Source of the DNA: an uncultured delta proteobacterium
GTDB lineage: Bacteria; Desulfobacterota; Syntrophobacteria; Syntrophobacterales; Syntrophobacteraceae
NCBI GenBank assembly: GCA_963808625.1
Contig: CAWEHK010000024.1
Coordinates: 31,590 to 95,589, forward strand
DNA: 64,000 nt
Direction of reading: 5' to 3'
Shown in pieces: positions 10,559-21,103 of this stretch. The translations under genes and the position numbers were made by a program. Numbering within the stretch: position 1 is the first letter of the stretch; each line of letters opens with the position of its first letter. The notes under the pieces were generated by a model that saw only the letters and a list, made by a program, of their open reading frames with translations, was not told where the DNA came from and ran no database searches.

Positions 10559-11767
10559 TCAGTTCTCGAGCTGTCCCGACATGTTGGCCACCAGATATTC
10601 GGCGATGGCAAGAGAGGACGTAGCAGCAGGAGACGGGGCATTGAGAACATGCAGCATGCGCTCTTTTTGCACGATGGCAAAATCGTCAAGAAGTGCGCCG
10701 TCGTTTCCCAGGGCCTGTGCCCGGACCCCCGAACCGCTCGGCAAGAGGTCTTCTCGACGAATTTCCGGGATGAGCCGCTGCAAGGCTTGCGCAAAGCGGG
10801 CCTTGGAAAAGGAACGTACCATCTCCATCCATCCCGGTCCCCAATACCGCGACACCAAACGCCAGAAGCCCCGGTACTGGAGGACCTCGACCAGTTCACG
10901 CCAGGCAATGTCGCTTTTCCGGTAACCCTCCCTGGCCCATGCCAGAACGGCATTGGGGCCGGCTTCAACCTTGCCGTCGATCATTCGTGTAAAGTGGACG
11001 CCCAGAAAAGGAAACCGCGGATCAGGAACGGGATAGATAAGCCCGTTGACCAAGTGGCTCCTCTCGGGCCTGATCTGATAGTACTCTCCGCGAAATGGAA
11101 CAATCCGGCAGGAAATGGATCCTCCCGCCATCACCGCCACACGATCAGCGTAAAGACCGGCACAGTTGATGATAAACCGCGATCGGAACTTGCCCCGACT
11201 GGTGCTGAGGCGAACGGCGTGGGGACCAGCCGCGATGGCCTCGAGGCGATGGCCTAAAAAAATCTGTCCTCCTGCAGCGGTAAAGTTTCGCGCATAAGCT
11301 TGAGCGACCTGTTGAAAACTGACGATACCCGTGGCCGGAACATGCAGAGCTTGCAGACAGTGCGTGTGAGGCTCGAAAGCTCTGGCTTCAGCGGGGTCCA
11401 AGAGACGTAATCCCGTTACGCCATTGGCGTTTCCTCTCCGGTGAAGTTCCTGCAGCCCGGGTATTTCGTTCGGATCTGTGGCTATCACCAGCTTGCCGCA
11501 GCGTTCGAAAGGCACGGCGTTTTCCTGGCAAAACCGCACGAGATGTTGTGCTCCGCGTACACATAAGGTGGCTTTGAGGGACCCCGGTCGATAGTAAATC
11601 CCGGAGTGAATGACCCCGCTGTTGTGACCCGTCTGATGCTGCGCCAGTTCAAGCTCCTTTTCCACAACGGCCAACTTGAGATGGGGATGCGTTTTCGCCA
11701 GCGTCATGGCCGTGGCCAATCCAATAATACCGCCGCCGATAACAATCACGTCGAACGTTTCATTCAT
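10559..11767 (-). CDS. lhgO: L-2-hydroxyglutarate oxidase (FAD-dependent)
   Basis: GGGIIGLATA dinucleotide fold; HQTGHNSGVIHSGIYY, PFRGEY, IYPVPDPRFPFLGVH, NAPSPAATSSL. Confidence 0.92.
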   Translation of the reverse strand: MNETFDVIVIGGGIIGLATAMTLAKTHPHLKLAVVEKELELAQHQTGHNSGVIHSGIYYRPGSLKATLCVRGAQHLVRFCQENAVPFERCGKLVIATDPNEIPGLQELHRRGNANGVTGLRLLDPAEARAFEPHTHCLQALHVPATGIVSFQQVAQAYARNFTAAGGQIFLGHRLEAIAAGPHAVRLSTSRGKFRSRFIINCAGLYADRVAVMAGGSISCRIVPFRGEYYQIRPERSHLVNGLIYPVPDPRFPFLGVHFTRMIDGKVEAGPNAVLAWAREGYRKSDIAWRELVEVLQYRGFWRLVSRYWGPGWMEMVRSFSKARFAQALQRLIPEIRREDLLPSGSGVRAQALGNDGALLDDFAIVQKERMLHVLNAPSPAATSSLAIAEYLVANMSGQLEN

Positions 11768-11780
11768 TCCCTCTCCTATC

Positions 11781-11870
11781 TCAGTGGCGAGTGGCTAGTG
11801 GTTAGTGACTAGCGAGTAGCCACACTGGTTGTCAGCCACCAGCCACTAATCACTAGCCACTGATCACTGA
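11781..11870. repeat. Inverted pair of 7-mer tandem arrays (AGTGGCT / AGCCACT units)
   Basis: TCAGTGGCGAGTGGCTAGTGGTTAGTGACTAG ... CAGCCACCAGCCACTAATCACTAGCCACTGATCACTGA. Confidence 0.7.
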
Positions 11871-13156
11871 CCACTGCTATCCAGGCAGGGATTGAAATAG
11901 CCGAAGCGGAGGTCGGGGAAACGATCCTGCAAACGCTTCATCCACTGCCGGATACCCATGGCTTTCCTGATTTTGGGGACCTCCAAAGTCTTCAGATACC
12001 ATTCCGGATCAATGTTCAGGTTACGCATCTGAATAAGGTCGGCCCGCGTTTCTTCAAGAAAACGGCACAGGGCCTGCCATTCTTCCTCCTGATCGGTAAA
12101 ACCGGGCAAAACAAAGTAGTTGATGGAGGCGAACCCGCCATGAGCTTTGACGACCTGAAGGGATGTCTTGAGGGCTTCAAAGGTGTAGCCTCGAGGTCTG
12201 AAGTAGGCCGTATAATACCTGGGACGGCAACTGTTCAGGCTCACGCGGATGCTGTCCAGTCCGGCCTGGCAAAGCTTCTTCACGGCTTCGGGCAGGCTGC
12301 CGTTGGAGTTGAGATTGATCGTGCCGCGCACACAGGTCTGCCGCATCATGCGCAAGGCTTCCCCGATGACTTCGGCCTGCAGCAGCGGTTCCCCCTCACA
12401 GCCCTGGCCGAAGCTTACCACCGCCCTCGGGGCTCCCTCGAGGTGAGGGATGGCGACCCCGGCAATTTCCTCAGGGGTGGGCACGAAGCTTATCCGTTCC
12501 TGCGTCGCGCAGAGCTCCGTACCTTCCTGAAGACTGATGCATCCGAGGCATTGAGCGTTGCACACCGGGGAAGTAGGTAAGGGCGCTTCCCAGCGATTCA
12601 TGAAAAGGTTTCTTGCGGCAGGGCAACCGTAGGCGAGAGCGCATTTCCCCAGATGACGGATGAGCCTGTTGCGTTGTTCCTTCCTGATGCGGGCATGGGC
12701 TCTTCGTCTGATCTCTTCGGGGTCGAAATGATGGAAGTCCTGACGTTCATCAGGGTCGACGCGCACCCCTGCGGCGACAAAATGCCCATCCTTCCAGCCG
12801 ACCGCAGTATAGGCAAAAAGAGGCAGGAGCGGAGCTTCAGGAAGGGTCTTGTACGCGGCCGAGTAAATCTGGGTATAAGCGGGTGCCATAAACGCTGCAA
12901 CCGCCTGGACCGGTTTCGACGGGTCATAAGGGTCGTGGGCAAGGACTTCACCGCACCTTTTTGTCTTATTGTAGCCTACGGGGAGCCGTTGTGGGAGGAG
13001 AAAGAGCTCACTGCCGGGAGGAAGAGGGACCCACTCGCCGGGCCCTACGCGTTCATATTGACCGCCGCTGGCGCCCAGCATTTCCAACTTTGGCCATTCA
13101 AAAATTCTGCCTTCCGCATCCGCATAAACGAGGAAAGGCCTATTTGTCATCCGCAT
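11864..13156 (-). CDS. Radical SAM protein
   Basis: CNAQCLGC motif, SFGQGCEGEP, NSNGS. Confidence 0.88.
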   Translation of the reverse strand: MRMTNRPFLVYADAEGRIFEWPKLEMLGASGGQYERVGPGEWVPLPPGSELFLLPQRLPVGYNKTKRCGEVLAHDPYDPSKPVQAVAAFMAPAYTQIYSAAYKTLPEAPLLPLFAYTAVGWKDGHFVAAGVRVDPDERQDFHHFDPEEIRRRAHARIRKEQRNRLIRHLGKCALAYGCPAARNLFMNRWEAPLPTSPVCNAQCLGCISLQEGTELCATQERISFVPTPEEIAGVAIPHLEGAPRAVVSFGQGCEGEPLLQAEVIGEALRMMRQTCVRGTINLNSNGSLPEAVKKLCQAGLDSIRVSLNSCRPRYYTAYFRPRGYTFEALKTSLQVVKAHGGFASINYFVLPGFTDQEEEWQALCRFLEETRADLIQMRNLNIDPEWYLKTLEVPKIRKAMGIRQWMKRLQDRFPDLRFGYFNPCLDSSGQ

Positions 13157-14060
13157 TTTCCAGGAGCTCTGCAAAGCTCAATAACCGGGCTCTAACTGTA
13201 TGTTTCAAAAGATGCAGCAATTCGTTGAGGAACTCGAAAGCAAAAAGGGTCATCCGCTGGTGGTGAAGCATGATCCCGACCGGCTCCTTCTTCGTCAAAA
13301 TATTGCTTAACTCATCCAGCAGCGTAAGGAAATCGGCGCGGCTATCTTTTGCTTTTCGCGTGTGGAGGTCAAGCTGAATCCTTAAATTCCTGAGACTAAT
13401 GCCGGGTCTAAGGCTGCTCGGAAAGGGCCTGGTCATCGAGACTGCCTTAAAATCCAATTCCTGGAGGATTTTCAGCGTGGCGAGCGGGAGCCTGTTCCAA
13501 GGTGGAGTAAAGACAGGGACAAGGCGCTCCCCAAAAATCTGGGTCATCTTTTTTAAGCCCAGGCAGATATCATGCCATTGTTTTTCGGCAGGTCTCTGTT
13601 CTCCGAATTCCGACTTCTCCCCTGCCGGCTGACAGTTGATATGGCGCCAGCCATGCTGGTGCCAGCCCCAGAGTGGCTCCTCAAGAGGGGCCGCAGCAAA
13701 CAGTTGATCGGCTCTGGTGCCGGTCAACCAGGCGGGGACGACGGCCAGCGCCAGCGGGACATGATGATACCGAAACAGCCGGCAAAGGGCCAGGAACGCC
13801 TGTCCCCCGGCCCCGATATCGTCAGCTCGAAAGAACAGGCTCGGAGGATGACTCCCAAGGTCGCATTCGAGAGCGGACGCCAGTTCCTGGCGCCACTCCC
13901 GGAACGGCCGTTCCCAGAGTGCCGAGCACTGACGGGGCCGGTAGTGAAGCGGCAGGCCGAAATCCTGAGGGGTCGGGAGGCGTTCATCGATCAAAGAATA
14001 TATCCTTCCGTTATCAAGAGTCTGGTAGAATTGCCGATGCCCAGTTCTCACTCGAATCAT
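13140..14060 (-). CDS. Polysaccharide deacetylase family protein
   Basis: FFRADD, HQHGWRH, FTPPWNR and GIMLHH motifs; start uncertain. Confidence 0.8.
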   Translation of the reverse strand: MIRVRTGHRQFYQTLDNGRIYSLIDERLPTPQDFGLPLHYRPRQCSALWERPFREWRQELASALECDLGSHPPSLFFRADDIGAGGQAFLALCRLFRYHHVPLALAVVPAWLTGTRADQLFAAAPLEEPLWGWHQHGWRHINCQPAGEKSEFGEQRPAEKQWHDICLGLKKMTQIFGERLVPVFTPPWNRLPLATLKILQELDFKAVSMTRPFPSSLRPGISLRNLRIQLDLHTRKAKDSRADFLTLLDELSNILTKKEPVGIMLHHQRMTLFAFEFLNELLHLLKHTVRARLLSFAELLENADDK

Positions 14061-14208
14061 GGGAAAATAAAACAGCTGACGGACTGATCCGCACGACTCC
14101 TGTGGGGTGATCAGACTATAGGAGACCTGGCCATTCGTCAAGATTATCAAACTTGCATTGAAAACGGTGGTTGGTGGACAGCGGTCAGTAAGGAAGGAGA
14201 ATTGCGTA

Positions 14209-15443
14209 TTGGAGGAAGAACGGATCGATGCTCAGGGGCATCACGCTTACCTGCGGCATATGAAACAATACGTGCAGGCGCCGGTTCATCGCTTTGCCGC
14301 GATCGTACCCCCGGAATTGGCGAGGATTTGTTGTGGGGAGTTGGTCTCTTTGGGGTTTTCCGAGGCGACCGTGACCGATGCCGGAGTGGAGTTTTTCGGC
14401 AAACTCAGATCGTGCTATTTGCCCAACCTGTGCTCTGCGCACCGCGAGTCGCATCCTTTGCCGCTTTCCTCCCTTCCGTGCGGGCGCGGTCGAGGAATTG
14501 TTCCGGAGGGCCTCGAATTGCCGTTGGGAGTTGTGGTTGAATGCGGAAGTCCCCTTAGAGGTGAGGGCTTTCGTTCAAAACTCACGCATCGCGCATGAAA
14601 CCCTGGTGGTGCAAACCGTCATAGACGCAGTGGAAAGGCGCTTTCACGCACAGCATCGCACTCCTCCTGCGTGCCTGTCTTCAGCCGTCGCGGATGAAGG
14701 CGACAGAGCCTCGACACCTTCATTGAGGCAACGGGTGCTGGTTCATCTCCGGGAGAACCACTGTGAAATCAGCCTGGATACCACGGGAGACCACCTCCAT
14801 CGGCGCGGCTATCGGGTGGAACACACCGGAGCGCCTCTGCGCGAAACCCTGGCTGCCGCCATCCTGTTGCGCTTGAAATGGGACGGTGAGGTGCCTCTGG
14901 TCGATGGGATGTGCGGGGCCGGCACCGTTGCCATCGAAGCGTCCCTGCTTGCCCGTCGGCTGCCGCCCGGCGGCCGAAGATCATTCCTGTTCGAAAGGTG
15001 GCCGAGGCTTTCAGGAGAAGAGCTGGGGCCATCTGCGAAGCAAGCTGGCCGAGCAAGCCCTCACCCGGCCGCATTGTCCGATTCTGGCCCTGGACAGCGA
15101 CCCAAAGGCGCTCAGCATTGCCCGAAAAAACGCCGAGCGTGCGGGAGTTGAGCAGGACATCCAATGGCTAGACATGGATTTTTTCACCTTCAGGCCGCAG
15201 GATTATCGTTTGCCCCCCGGTCTCCTGGTCTTGGACCCTCCTTACGGCCGACGCCTGGAAGGCGGCGGGAAGGCCTCCTACGAAGAGCTTGGTCGTCATC
15301 TCCGCCGCTTTTTCGGCGGGTGGCAAACGGCGATCCTGAGTCCAAGCAAGGCGCTGGCCCTGAGTCTGAAAATACCTTCCCTGCGTTTCTGGCAGATCAC
15401 CCACGGAGGCATACCGATCATCGTTGCCCTGGGCCGGGTGTGA
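14209..15443 (+). CDS. THUMP-domain class I SAM-dependent RNA methyltransferase (RlmL-like); two apparent frameshifts near 14430 and 15005
   Basis: ISLDTTGDHLHRRGYR, APLRETLAAAIL, DGMCGAGTVAIEA and DPPYGRRL distributed over three overlapping frames. Confidence 0.8.
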
Positions 15444-15476
15444 AGGAAGAGGCGCGTGGAGGATGAGATGTTTCTT

Positions 15477-15561
15477 TTACCGCGGAGAGCGCAGAGTGCA
15501 CAGAGAGATTTCGCTCTGAGATCATTGATCTTCTCTGCGATCTCAGTGGTCTCTGCGGTAA
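15477..15561. repeat. Empty inverted-repeat element of the ACCGCAGAG family
   Basis: TTACCGCGGAGAGCGCAGAGTGCACAGAGA ... TCTCTGCGATCTCAGTGGTCTCTGCGGTAA; same family as the arms flanking the GxxExxY gene. Confidence 0.75.
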
Positions 15562-15589
15562 TTTGCGGAGCCTATGAAAATGAACGTTC

Positions 15590-16597
15590 TCAGCCGGAAC
15601 CAGGATACTCATGTATCTCCGGGGGTGACATGAATTCAGGACCGACCGGGGTCTTGATGTGAGTTTTAAGAATATTCTCCACGGCCTCGAGGTCTTCCGG
15701 TTGAATCTGCCAGCCGGACACTCCCACGTTGTCCTCAACCTGTGCCGCCGTGCGTGCTCCCGCAAGGACCGTGGTGATGCCGGGCTGCTGCAGCACCCAA
15801 CGCAGGGCAAACTGGGCTGCGCTCTTGCCGTATTTTTGCGCCACCTTTTTCACTCTATCTACGGCTTTGACGTACTGCTTGAACCGATCCGGCTTGAATT
15901 TTGGGTCGGCGCGCCGCAAATCACCTCGCGGAAACGTTTCATCGCCCCCGAATTTCCCGGTGAGGAGTCCCCGGCACAGGCCTCCGTATGCCATAGTGGC
16001 AATGCCATGGGCCTGGCAGAAGGGCAACAGATCGTTCTCTGCCTCCCGTTCGAAGAGATTGTACGGTGGCTGCAAACTGTCAATGCGGCCGACACTCTGG
16101 CAGGCCATGAGCTGTTGCCGGTTGAAATTGCTGACTCCAAGATAACGGACCTTGCCGGCATCCTGGAGTTTCAACATCGCCTCCATTGACGTCTCCAAGT
16201 GAATTTTGCTGTCCGGCCAGTGCATCTGGTAGAGGTCGATACGTTCCACACCCAGGCGTTTCAGGCTCTGGTCCACTTCTTGTCGTATTCTTTCCGGGCT
16301 GGCATTCCTCCGGATTCTCTCCTTATCATCCCATTCCAAGCCGCATTTCGTCGCGATTACGACGGGGTCGCGCGCTCCCCATTCCTTCAGGGCTTGCCCG
16401 ACTATTCTTTCTGATCTGCCGAAACCATATACCGGGGCCGTATCGATAAAATTAACGCCCAGTTCCAGCGCTCGTCGGATGGCGGTGAGCGACTGTTCGT
16501 CGTCGGCGCCTCCCCATGCCCAGCCCCCTGTGACCCATGTCCCCAGCACAAGGACAGAAACTTCCAGATCAGTTTGTCCGAATCGAACCTTTTCCAT
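15590..16597 (-). CDS. Aldo/keto reductase
   Basis: LGTW, IDTAPVYG, ATKCG, IDLYQMHWPD, GVSNF, LQPPYNL. Confidence 0.92.
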   Translation of the reverse strand: MEKVRFGQTDLEVSVLVLGTWVTGGWAWGGADDEQSLTAIRRALELGVNFIDTAPVYGFGRSERIVGQALKEWGARDPVVIATKCGLEWDDKERIRRNASPERIRQEVDQSLKRLGVERIDLYQMHWPDSKIHLETSMEAMLKLQDAGKVRYLGVSNFNRQQLMACQSVGRIDSLQPPYNLFEREAENDLLPFCQAHGIATMAYGGLCRGLLTGKFGGDETFPRGDLRRADPKFKPDRFKQYVKAVDRVKKVAQKYGKSAAQFALRWVLQQPGITTVLAGARTAAQVEDNVGVSGWQIQPEDLEAVENILKTHIKTPVGPEFMSPPEIHEYPGSG

Positions 16598-16759
16598 GGT
16601 TGCAGCACCTCCGTGCGGTTTGTTGGGATGAACCACCAGCAGTCCTCGATCACTCTCCATCTATTGCGAAATTTTGGCATTGTCAAATCCGGTTTCGAGC
16701 CTGTATGCTCAGACGGCTATTTTAAAACAAGGTGAACCTTTAGCATAGAGGAAGGTACG

Positions 16760-17260
16760 ATGAACCTTGACAGCGAATACATGCATGAAAGCGATGACGC
16801 AGCGCTTCTGCCCTGGGCCGAGGCGGGGGGGAAGACGGCGCTCATTTGCATTGCTGATCAGGCCCTCTCGGACAGCATCGCACAGAGCGTCGCAGGGCTG
16901 GATTACCATGTTATCGTTGCCCAGGAGCCCTCATCGGCCCTGACTTGGCTCGAATACGGTCAGTGCGAACTGATCGTTCTGGATGAAAATTATGGCGGAA
17001 CCGGCTGGTCAGAGAATCCCGTGCTGCTTAACCTGCAGCGCCAGCCAACGCGAACGCGAAGGAAGTCATTTGTATGTCTTCTTAGTGAACAAACCCCAAC
17101 GCTCGACCACATGGCAGCTTTCCGCTGCGGGGCAAATATGATTCTCAACTTTCGTAATATATTGAAAATGCAGGTGATTCTTCAACGGGCGATAAAGGAT
17201 CACGAGGCCTTCTACGCGGTTTTCAAGGACGAGCTCGCCAAAAGGGCATCTTCGGTCTAG
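16760..17260 (+). CDS. Hypothetical protein, degenerate receiver-like fold
   Basis: 166 aa; ALICIAD...LIVLDE pattern; GAGGAAGG upstream. Confidence 0.65.
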   Translation: MNLDSEYMHESDDAALLPWAEAGGKTALICIADQALSDSIAQSVAGLDYHVIVAQEPSSALTWLEYGQCELIVLDENYGGTGWSENPVLLNLQRQPTRTRRKSFVCLLSEQTPTLDHMAAFRCGANMILNFRNILKMQVILQRAIKDHEAFYAVFKDELAKRASSV

Positions 17261-17273
17261 AGAAAGGCTCACC

Positions 17274-17570
17274 ATGCTGAAGCGAGGTCCGCAAAAGAAA
17301 CCAGGTTCGAGGCATTCTCGGCTGCGCGTGGAAAATTGTGTTGACACCATTTTACAGTTGGACAAGAGTCTCGGCAAAGGCAAGATTAGGCCGGATGTCA
17401 TAGCGAAATTCGAGCGGCTGAAAGAGTCTCTGAGGGATGCTGTTGAAGAAAGGATCGATGAACAAGACATTTCAAGAATTGAAGAAGCAACCAATCAGCT
17501 GCTCTCGGAAATCCGTGTTTCTCTGGGAACGACGGGTGCGCATCCTTGCCATGATGGTCAGACGCACTGA
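17274..17570 (+). CDS. Hypothetical helical protein
   Basis: 98 aa, co-directional, 13 bp after the previous gene. Confidence 0.6.
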   Translation: MLKRGPQKKPGSRHSRLRVENCVDTILQLDKSLGKGKIRPDVIAKFERLKESLRDAVEERIDEQDISRIEEATNQLLSEIRVSLGTTGAHPCHDGQTH

Positions 17571-17656
17571 TCTCCGGCGGCGCTTGTGCTGGCATGATTT
17601 AATTTGAACCATTCCAACGCCGGGTTTGCACAGTTCATTGAGAGGGGGATCGAACG

Positions 17657-18175
17657 GTGGATGTCTTTGTATTTTCAAAAAAGGGAGACCGCGGAGAGAC
17701 CAGTCTTCTGACGGGCGAACGGGTTTCAAAAGCGAGCCTTCGTCCCGAGGCTTATGGGACTTTGGATGAAGCCAGTTCAGCTCTCGGCCTGGCGAGGGCC
17801 TTTGCCCAGAATCGTGCGATCAAAGACCAGATTTTGACGATCCAGGAGGATTTGCTCGCCCTGGGGGCGGAGTTGGCATGTGAAGGGGAGACGCAGACGG
17901 ACTATCGGATCGGGACGGATCGTACCCTCAGATTGGAGCAATGGGTCCGGGAATTGCAGGGAGAGGTGCCGTTGCCGCGTCAGTTTGTTTTTCCGGGGGC
18001 GAATGCCGTCAGTGCTGCGGTGGATCTTGCCCGCACCATCATCCGTCGCGCGGAGCGCCGATGCATCGCCCTCAAGGAATCAGGCCAGCTGGACAACCCC
18101 GAGGTCCACGCCTACTTGAATCGTCTCGCGGACTTCCTCTTCACCCTCGCTCGCTATGCCGAAGAGAAAGGCTAG
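17657..18175 (+). CDS. pduO: PduO-type ATP:cob(I)alamin adenosyltransferase
   Basis: FSKKGDRGETSL, EAYGTLDEASS, FVFPG, ARTIIRRAER, YLNRLADFLF. Confidence 0.9.
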   Translation: MDVFVFSKKGDRGETSLLTGERVSKASLRPEAYGTLDEASSALGLARAFAQNRAIKDQILTIQEDLLALGAELACEGETQTDYRIGTDRTLRLEQWVRELQGEVPLPRQFVFPGANAVSAAVDLARTIIRRAERRCIALKESGQLDNPEVHAYLNRLADFLFTLARYAEEKG

Positions 18176-18339
18176 GAGGCTGTCTGAAAATTGGTCGAAG
18201 GTTATGGGGCGGCGGCGATCAAACCTTGTAGGAGTCGGCTTCCAGCCGCGACCGGACAGGCTAAATCGCGGCTAAATCGCGGCAAGATGCCGCTCCTACA
18301 GATGGACTGACCAGTTGCATGTCATTTTCAGACAGGCTC
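18176..18339. mobile_element. 164-bp MITE-like element with 16-bp terminal IRs, flanked by CTAG, containing a GTAG-REP doublet
   Basis: GAGGCTGTCTGAAAAT vs ATTTTCAGACAGGCTC (15/16); CTAG at 18172-18175 and 18340-18343; TGTAGGAG...CTCCTACA at 18227-18300. Confidence 0.65.
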
Positions 18340-18593
18340 CTAGGCCCGCCTGCCCGCAATTACCATTGCCATTCTGTGCGAAATTGTTTTATAAAACCCA
18401 GCTTGCGGTCAGCATTTTGGGGTGGGGATTTCCGTGAAAGGGCCGTAGAGCTCTGCCGGTGGCTACGGCGAACACCGCGATGGTGCTCATGGTTGGATAC
18501 AATAGAGGGACATGGGAAGCTGCCGACGCTTAAACTCGAGGATGGCGTCAGAATACTTGCCGAATACTTAAAAGGTCGTGAGGAGGAGCCGAT

Positions 18594-18944
18594 ATGGCTC
18601 GGGTAACCATCGAGGATTGTTTGGACAGGGTTGATAGTCGGTTTGCTCTGGTGCACCTGGCGGTGCGCAGGGTGCTGCAATTGCGCAGTGGGGTCCCGTT
18701 GTTGATGGATCGCCCCAAAAACAAAGAAGTAGTTCTGGCCCTGCGTGAGATTGCAGCCGGCGGGGTGACTCCCGAGAACATTCGCGAGCTCGAGGAAATG
18801 AGACTTTTGCCTGAAGTCAGCTCCCCGGAGAAAGAGGAGGTGAGCCGGACGGAGGTACGGGAAATTCTTGAGGCCGAGACCAGGTACGATGCATCGCTTG
18901 AGTATGAGGATCAGGCCCAGTTTCCCGAACCGGACGAGGAGTAA
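18594..18944 (+). CDS. rpoZ: RNA polymerase omega subunit
   Basis: [30 protein letters not shown]...[26 protein letters not shown]. Confidence 0.95.
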   Translation: MARVTIEDCLDRVDSRFALVHLAVRRVLQLRSGVPLLMDRPKNKEVVLALREIAAGGVTPENIRELEEMRLLPEVSSPEKEEVSRTEVREILEAETRYDASLEYEDQAQFPEPDEE

Positions 18945-18956
18945 GGGGGCGGTTTT

Positions 18957-19003
18957 TAGCTCTTGGCTCTTTGGCTCTTAGCTCTTGGCTTATCGCTCTT
19001 GGC
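18957..19003. repeat. 7-mer tandem array (TRGCTCT)
   Basis: TAGCTCT TGGCTCT T TGGCTCT TAGCTCT TGGCTTA TCGCTCT TGGC. Confidence 0.7.
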
Positions 19004-19120
19004 GGGTGCGTTGGGAACGGCAAGCACACGCCTCGGGGATGGGGCCTCCGGTTTTGACGCGCTGGCGGCGTTCGGAAACTGGAGCGGGGCATTTACTTTG
19101 GGCAATCGAGGAAGGTTCTG

Positions 19121-19486
19121 ATGGCAAAAAAGTATGACCTGAGCTGCCTGGAGAAACGGGACATCTTGAATGAAGCCGCTGTCTCTCTGGAAACGCTGCG
19201 TTCCTGGGGCGAACATTATGAGGAGGTCGGGTCGCTTTATGAGGCGGTTGACTTCTATGAAAAAGGCGGTTTCAGGGATGCCCTTGCCGGGGTGCTCCCG
19301 AAAGCTCGGGACGCCGGCAATAGCTTTCTCTTCCGCCGCATCTGTCGCATCCTTGGGTACGAGCCCGGTCGTGAGGAGTGGCTTGCTCTCGCGAAACGGG
19401 CCGAAGAGCTCGGGAAACTTACCTTTGCTGCCGAAGCATACCGCCTTGGCGGGGTCGTGGAGCCACCCAGCGAGGCGACCCACTGA
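19121..19486 (+). CDS. Hypothetical helical-repeat protein
   Basis: 121 aa; GAGGAAGG upstream; AVDFYEKG and AAEAY TPR-like segments. Confidence 0.65.
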   Translation: MAKKYDLSCLEKRDILNEAAVSLETLRSWGEHYEEVGSLYEAVDFYEKGGFRDALAGVLPKARDAGNSFLFRRICRILGYEPGREEWLALAKRAEELGKLTFAAEAYRLGGVVEPPSEATH

Positions 19487-19624
19487 CGACGACAGGGAAA
19501 ATTCAACCGAACACGCTTTGCGCATTTCCCCATCTTGACAAGCCCGGAAAACGTGTTTACGGGTTTTTAAGCAAGGGAATCGTTCATCCTCAATTCGACG
19601 CAGCCACGGAGGAATGGTAGTACG

Positions 19625-20800
19625 ATGGGTAAACAAGACTATTATGAAGTCCTCGGCGTATCGCGCCAGGCAGATGAAGAAGAAATAAAAAAGGCCTACC
19701 GAAAACTGGCTCTCAAATATCATCCCGACCGAAATCCGGGAAATAAAGAAGCGGAGGAATGCTTCAAGGAGGCTGCGGAAGCCTACGAGGTCCTTCACGA
19801 CCCCCAAAAACGTCGCATTTACGATACCTATGGATATGAAGGATTGCAGGGTTCAGGATTCAGAGGCTTCCGGGGATTTGATGATATCTTCAGTTCCTTC
19901 GGCGATATCTTTCAGGATTTCTTCTTTGGTTTTGGCGGTTCATCGCGACCCCAAAGCGCCTCCCGAGCCGGTGATGATCTTCTCTACGACATGACTCTGG
20001 ACTTCGATGAAGCGGTTTTTGGGGTGGAGAAGCAAATTCAGGTCCAGACCTTTGTCGAATGTGATCATTGCAGAGGCAGTGGTGCTGAAGCCGGCACCAA
20101 AGAGGCGACCTGTCCCATGTGTCAAGGCAGCGGTCAGGTGGTGCAATCGCAGGGGTTTTTTCGCATCAGCACGACGTGCTCCCGGTGTCACGGCACGGGA
20201 AGGGTGCTCGTTTCACCGTGTGGTCACTGCCGCGGTCAGGGCCGCGTAAAAAAGCCGAAGCGGGTTGAGGTGAAGGTCCCCGCAGGGGTGGACACGGGAA
20301 CGCGCCTGAGGCTTCGAGGGGAAGGGGAGAGTGGTTATCGGGGCGGACTTTCGGGCGATCTTTACGTCAGATTGAATGTCAAGCCTCACGAATTCTTCGA
20401 GAGAGATGGCGACAATCTCTATGGAAAGGTTTCCATCTCCTTTGTCCAGGCTGCTTTGGGAGACCAGATCGAGGTTTCCACCCTGGAGGGCAAAAAGACC
20501 ATTCACATTCAGCCCGGCACGCAGCCGGGTTCGGTGATTCGCTTTCCGGGTGATGGCGTGCCGCGCCTGCGCGGCAATGGGCGCGGTGATCTTTTCTTCG
20601 AGGTGCAGGTGAAGATTCCGGTGCGCCTGACGGCCCGGCAGGAAGAGTTGCTGCGAGAGTTGATGGAAATTGAAAAGGAGCGAGGCGAGGAAAAGGTCAA
20701 GAAATGGCCTTGGCCGCGCCGCAAGGATCGCGAGAAGGGTGCTGTCTTCAAGCCAGTCGCGAGAAGCAATTTCCTGAAGATGCCTTTTATGATCGAGTGA
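19625..20800 (+). CDS. dnaJ: Chaperone DnaJ
   Basis: J domain with HPD, G/F-rich linker, four CxxCxGxG repeats, C-terminal domain. Confidence 0.97.
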   Translation: MGKQDYYEVLGVSRQADEEEIKKAYRKLALKYHPDRNPGNKEAEECFKEAAEAYEVLHDPQKRRIYDTYGYEGLQGSGFRGFRGFDDIFSSFGDIFQDFFFGFGGSSRPQSASRAGDDLLYDMTLDFDEAVFGVEKQIQVQTFVECDHCRGSGAEAGTKEATCPMCQGSGQVVQSQGFFRISTTCSRCHGTGRVLVSPCGHCRGQGRVKKPKRVEVKVPAGVDTGTRLRLRGEGESGYRGGLSGDLYVRLNVKPHEFFERDGDNLYGKVSISFVQAALGDQIEVSTLEGKKTIHIQPGTQPGSVIRFPGDGVPRLRGNGRGDLFFEVQVKIPVRLTARQEELLRELMEIEKERGEEKVKKWPWPRRKDREKGAVFKPVARSNFLKMPFMIE

Positions 20801-21024
20801 GGAGTCGAGTCGTGCGGAAAAGGGCAGCTTCCGGTCAATTCGGAGACTTCAAAGCATCTGCACTTTATTGTCCCCGCTGTAAACAAGCCATGCCGGTGCG
20901 AAGCCGGCTGTTGTTGTTCCTGCCTGATGGGGAATTGCACGAATATCTTTGCCAGGCGTGTGCTTCTTCCCTTGGGACCAAGACCGTCAGGCAGGCCCGC
21001 GAAGCGCAGCTTTACATGCCGTGA
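20797..21024 (+). CDS. Small zinc-ribbon protein
   Basis: CPRC...CQAC; GTG start overlapping the dnaJ stop (start inferred). Confidence 0.6.
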   Translation: MRSRVVRKRAASGQFGDFKASALYCPRCKQAMPVRSRLLLFLPDGELHEYLCQACASSLGTKTVRQAREAQLYMP

Positions 21025-21103
21025 TGATCGCTGACGTCCTTTGACTTTGCCGATGAGCGTCCTGCAAAACCTCCAGACAATGAGTTGAAACGAGGGGTGG
21101 GTT

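Noticed and set aside
18344..18593. Possible ncRNA or leader ORF upstream of rpoZ (hairpin GCCGTAG...CTACGGC)
   Set aside because: Only a single short stem, no family motif recognised, and the 95-aa ORF starts inside the MITE-like element.
19487..19624. CIRCE/HrcA heat-shock operator before dnaJ
   Set aside because: No TTAGCACTC-N9-GAGTGCTAA-like sequence found.
18956..19807. 283-aa minus-strand ORF
   Set aside because: Antisense to the dnaJ J-domain and the upstream gene, and runs into a 7-mer repeat; typical shadow ORF.
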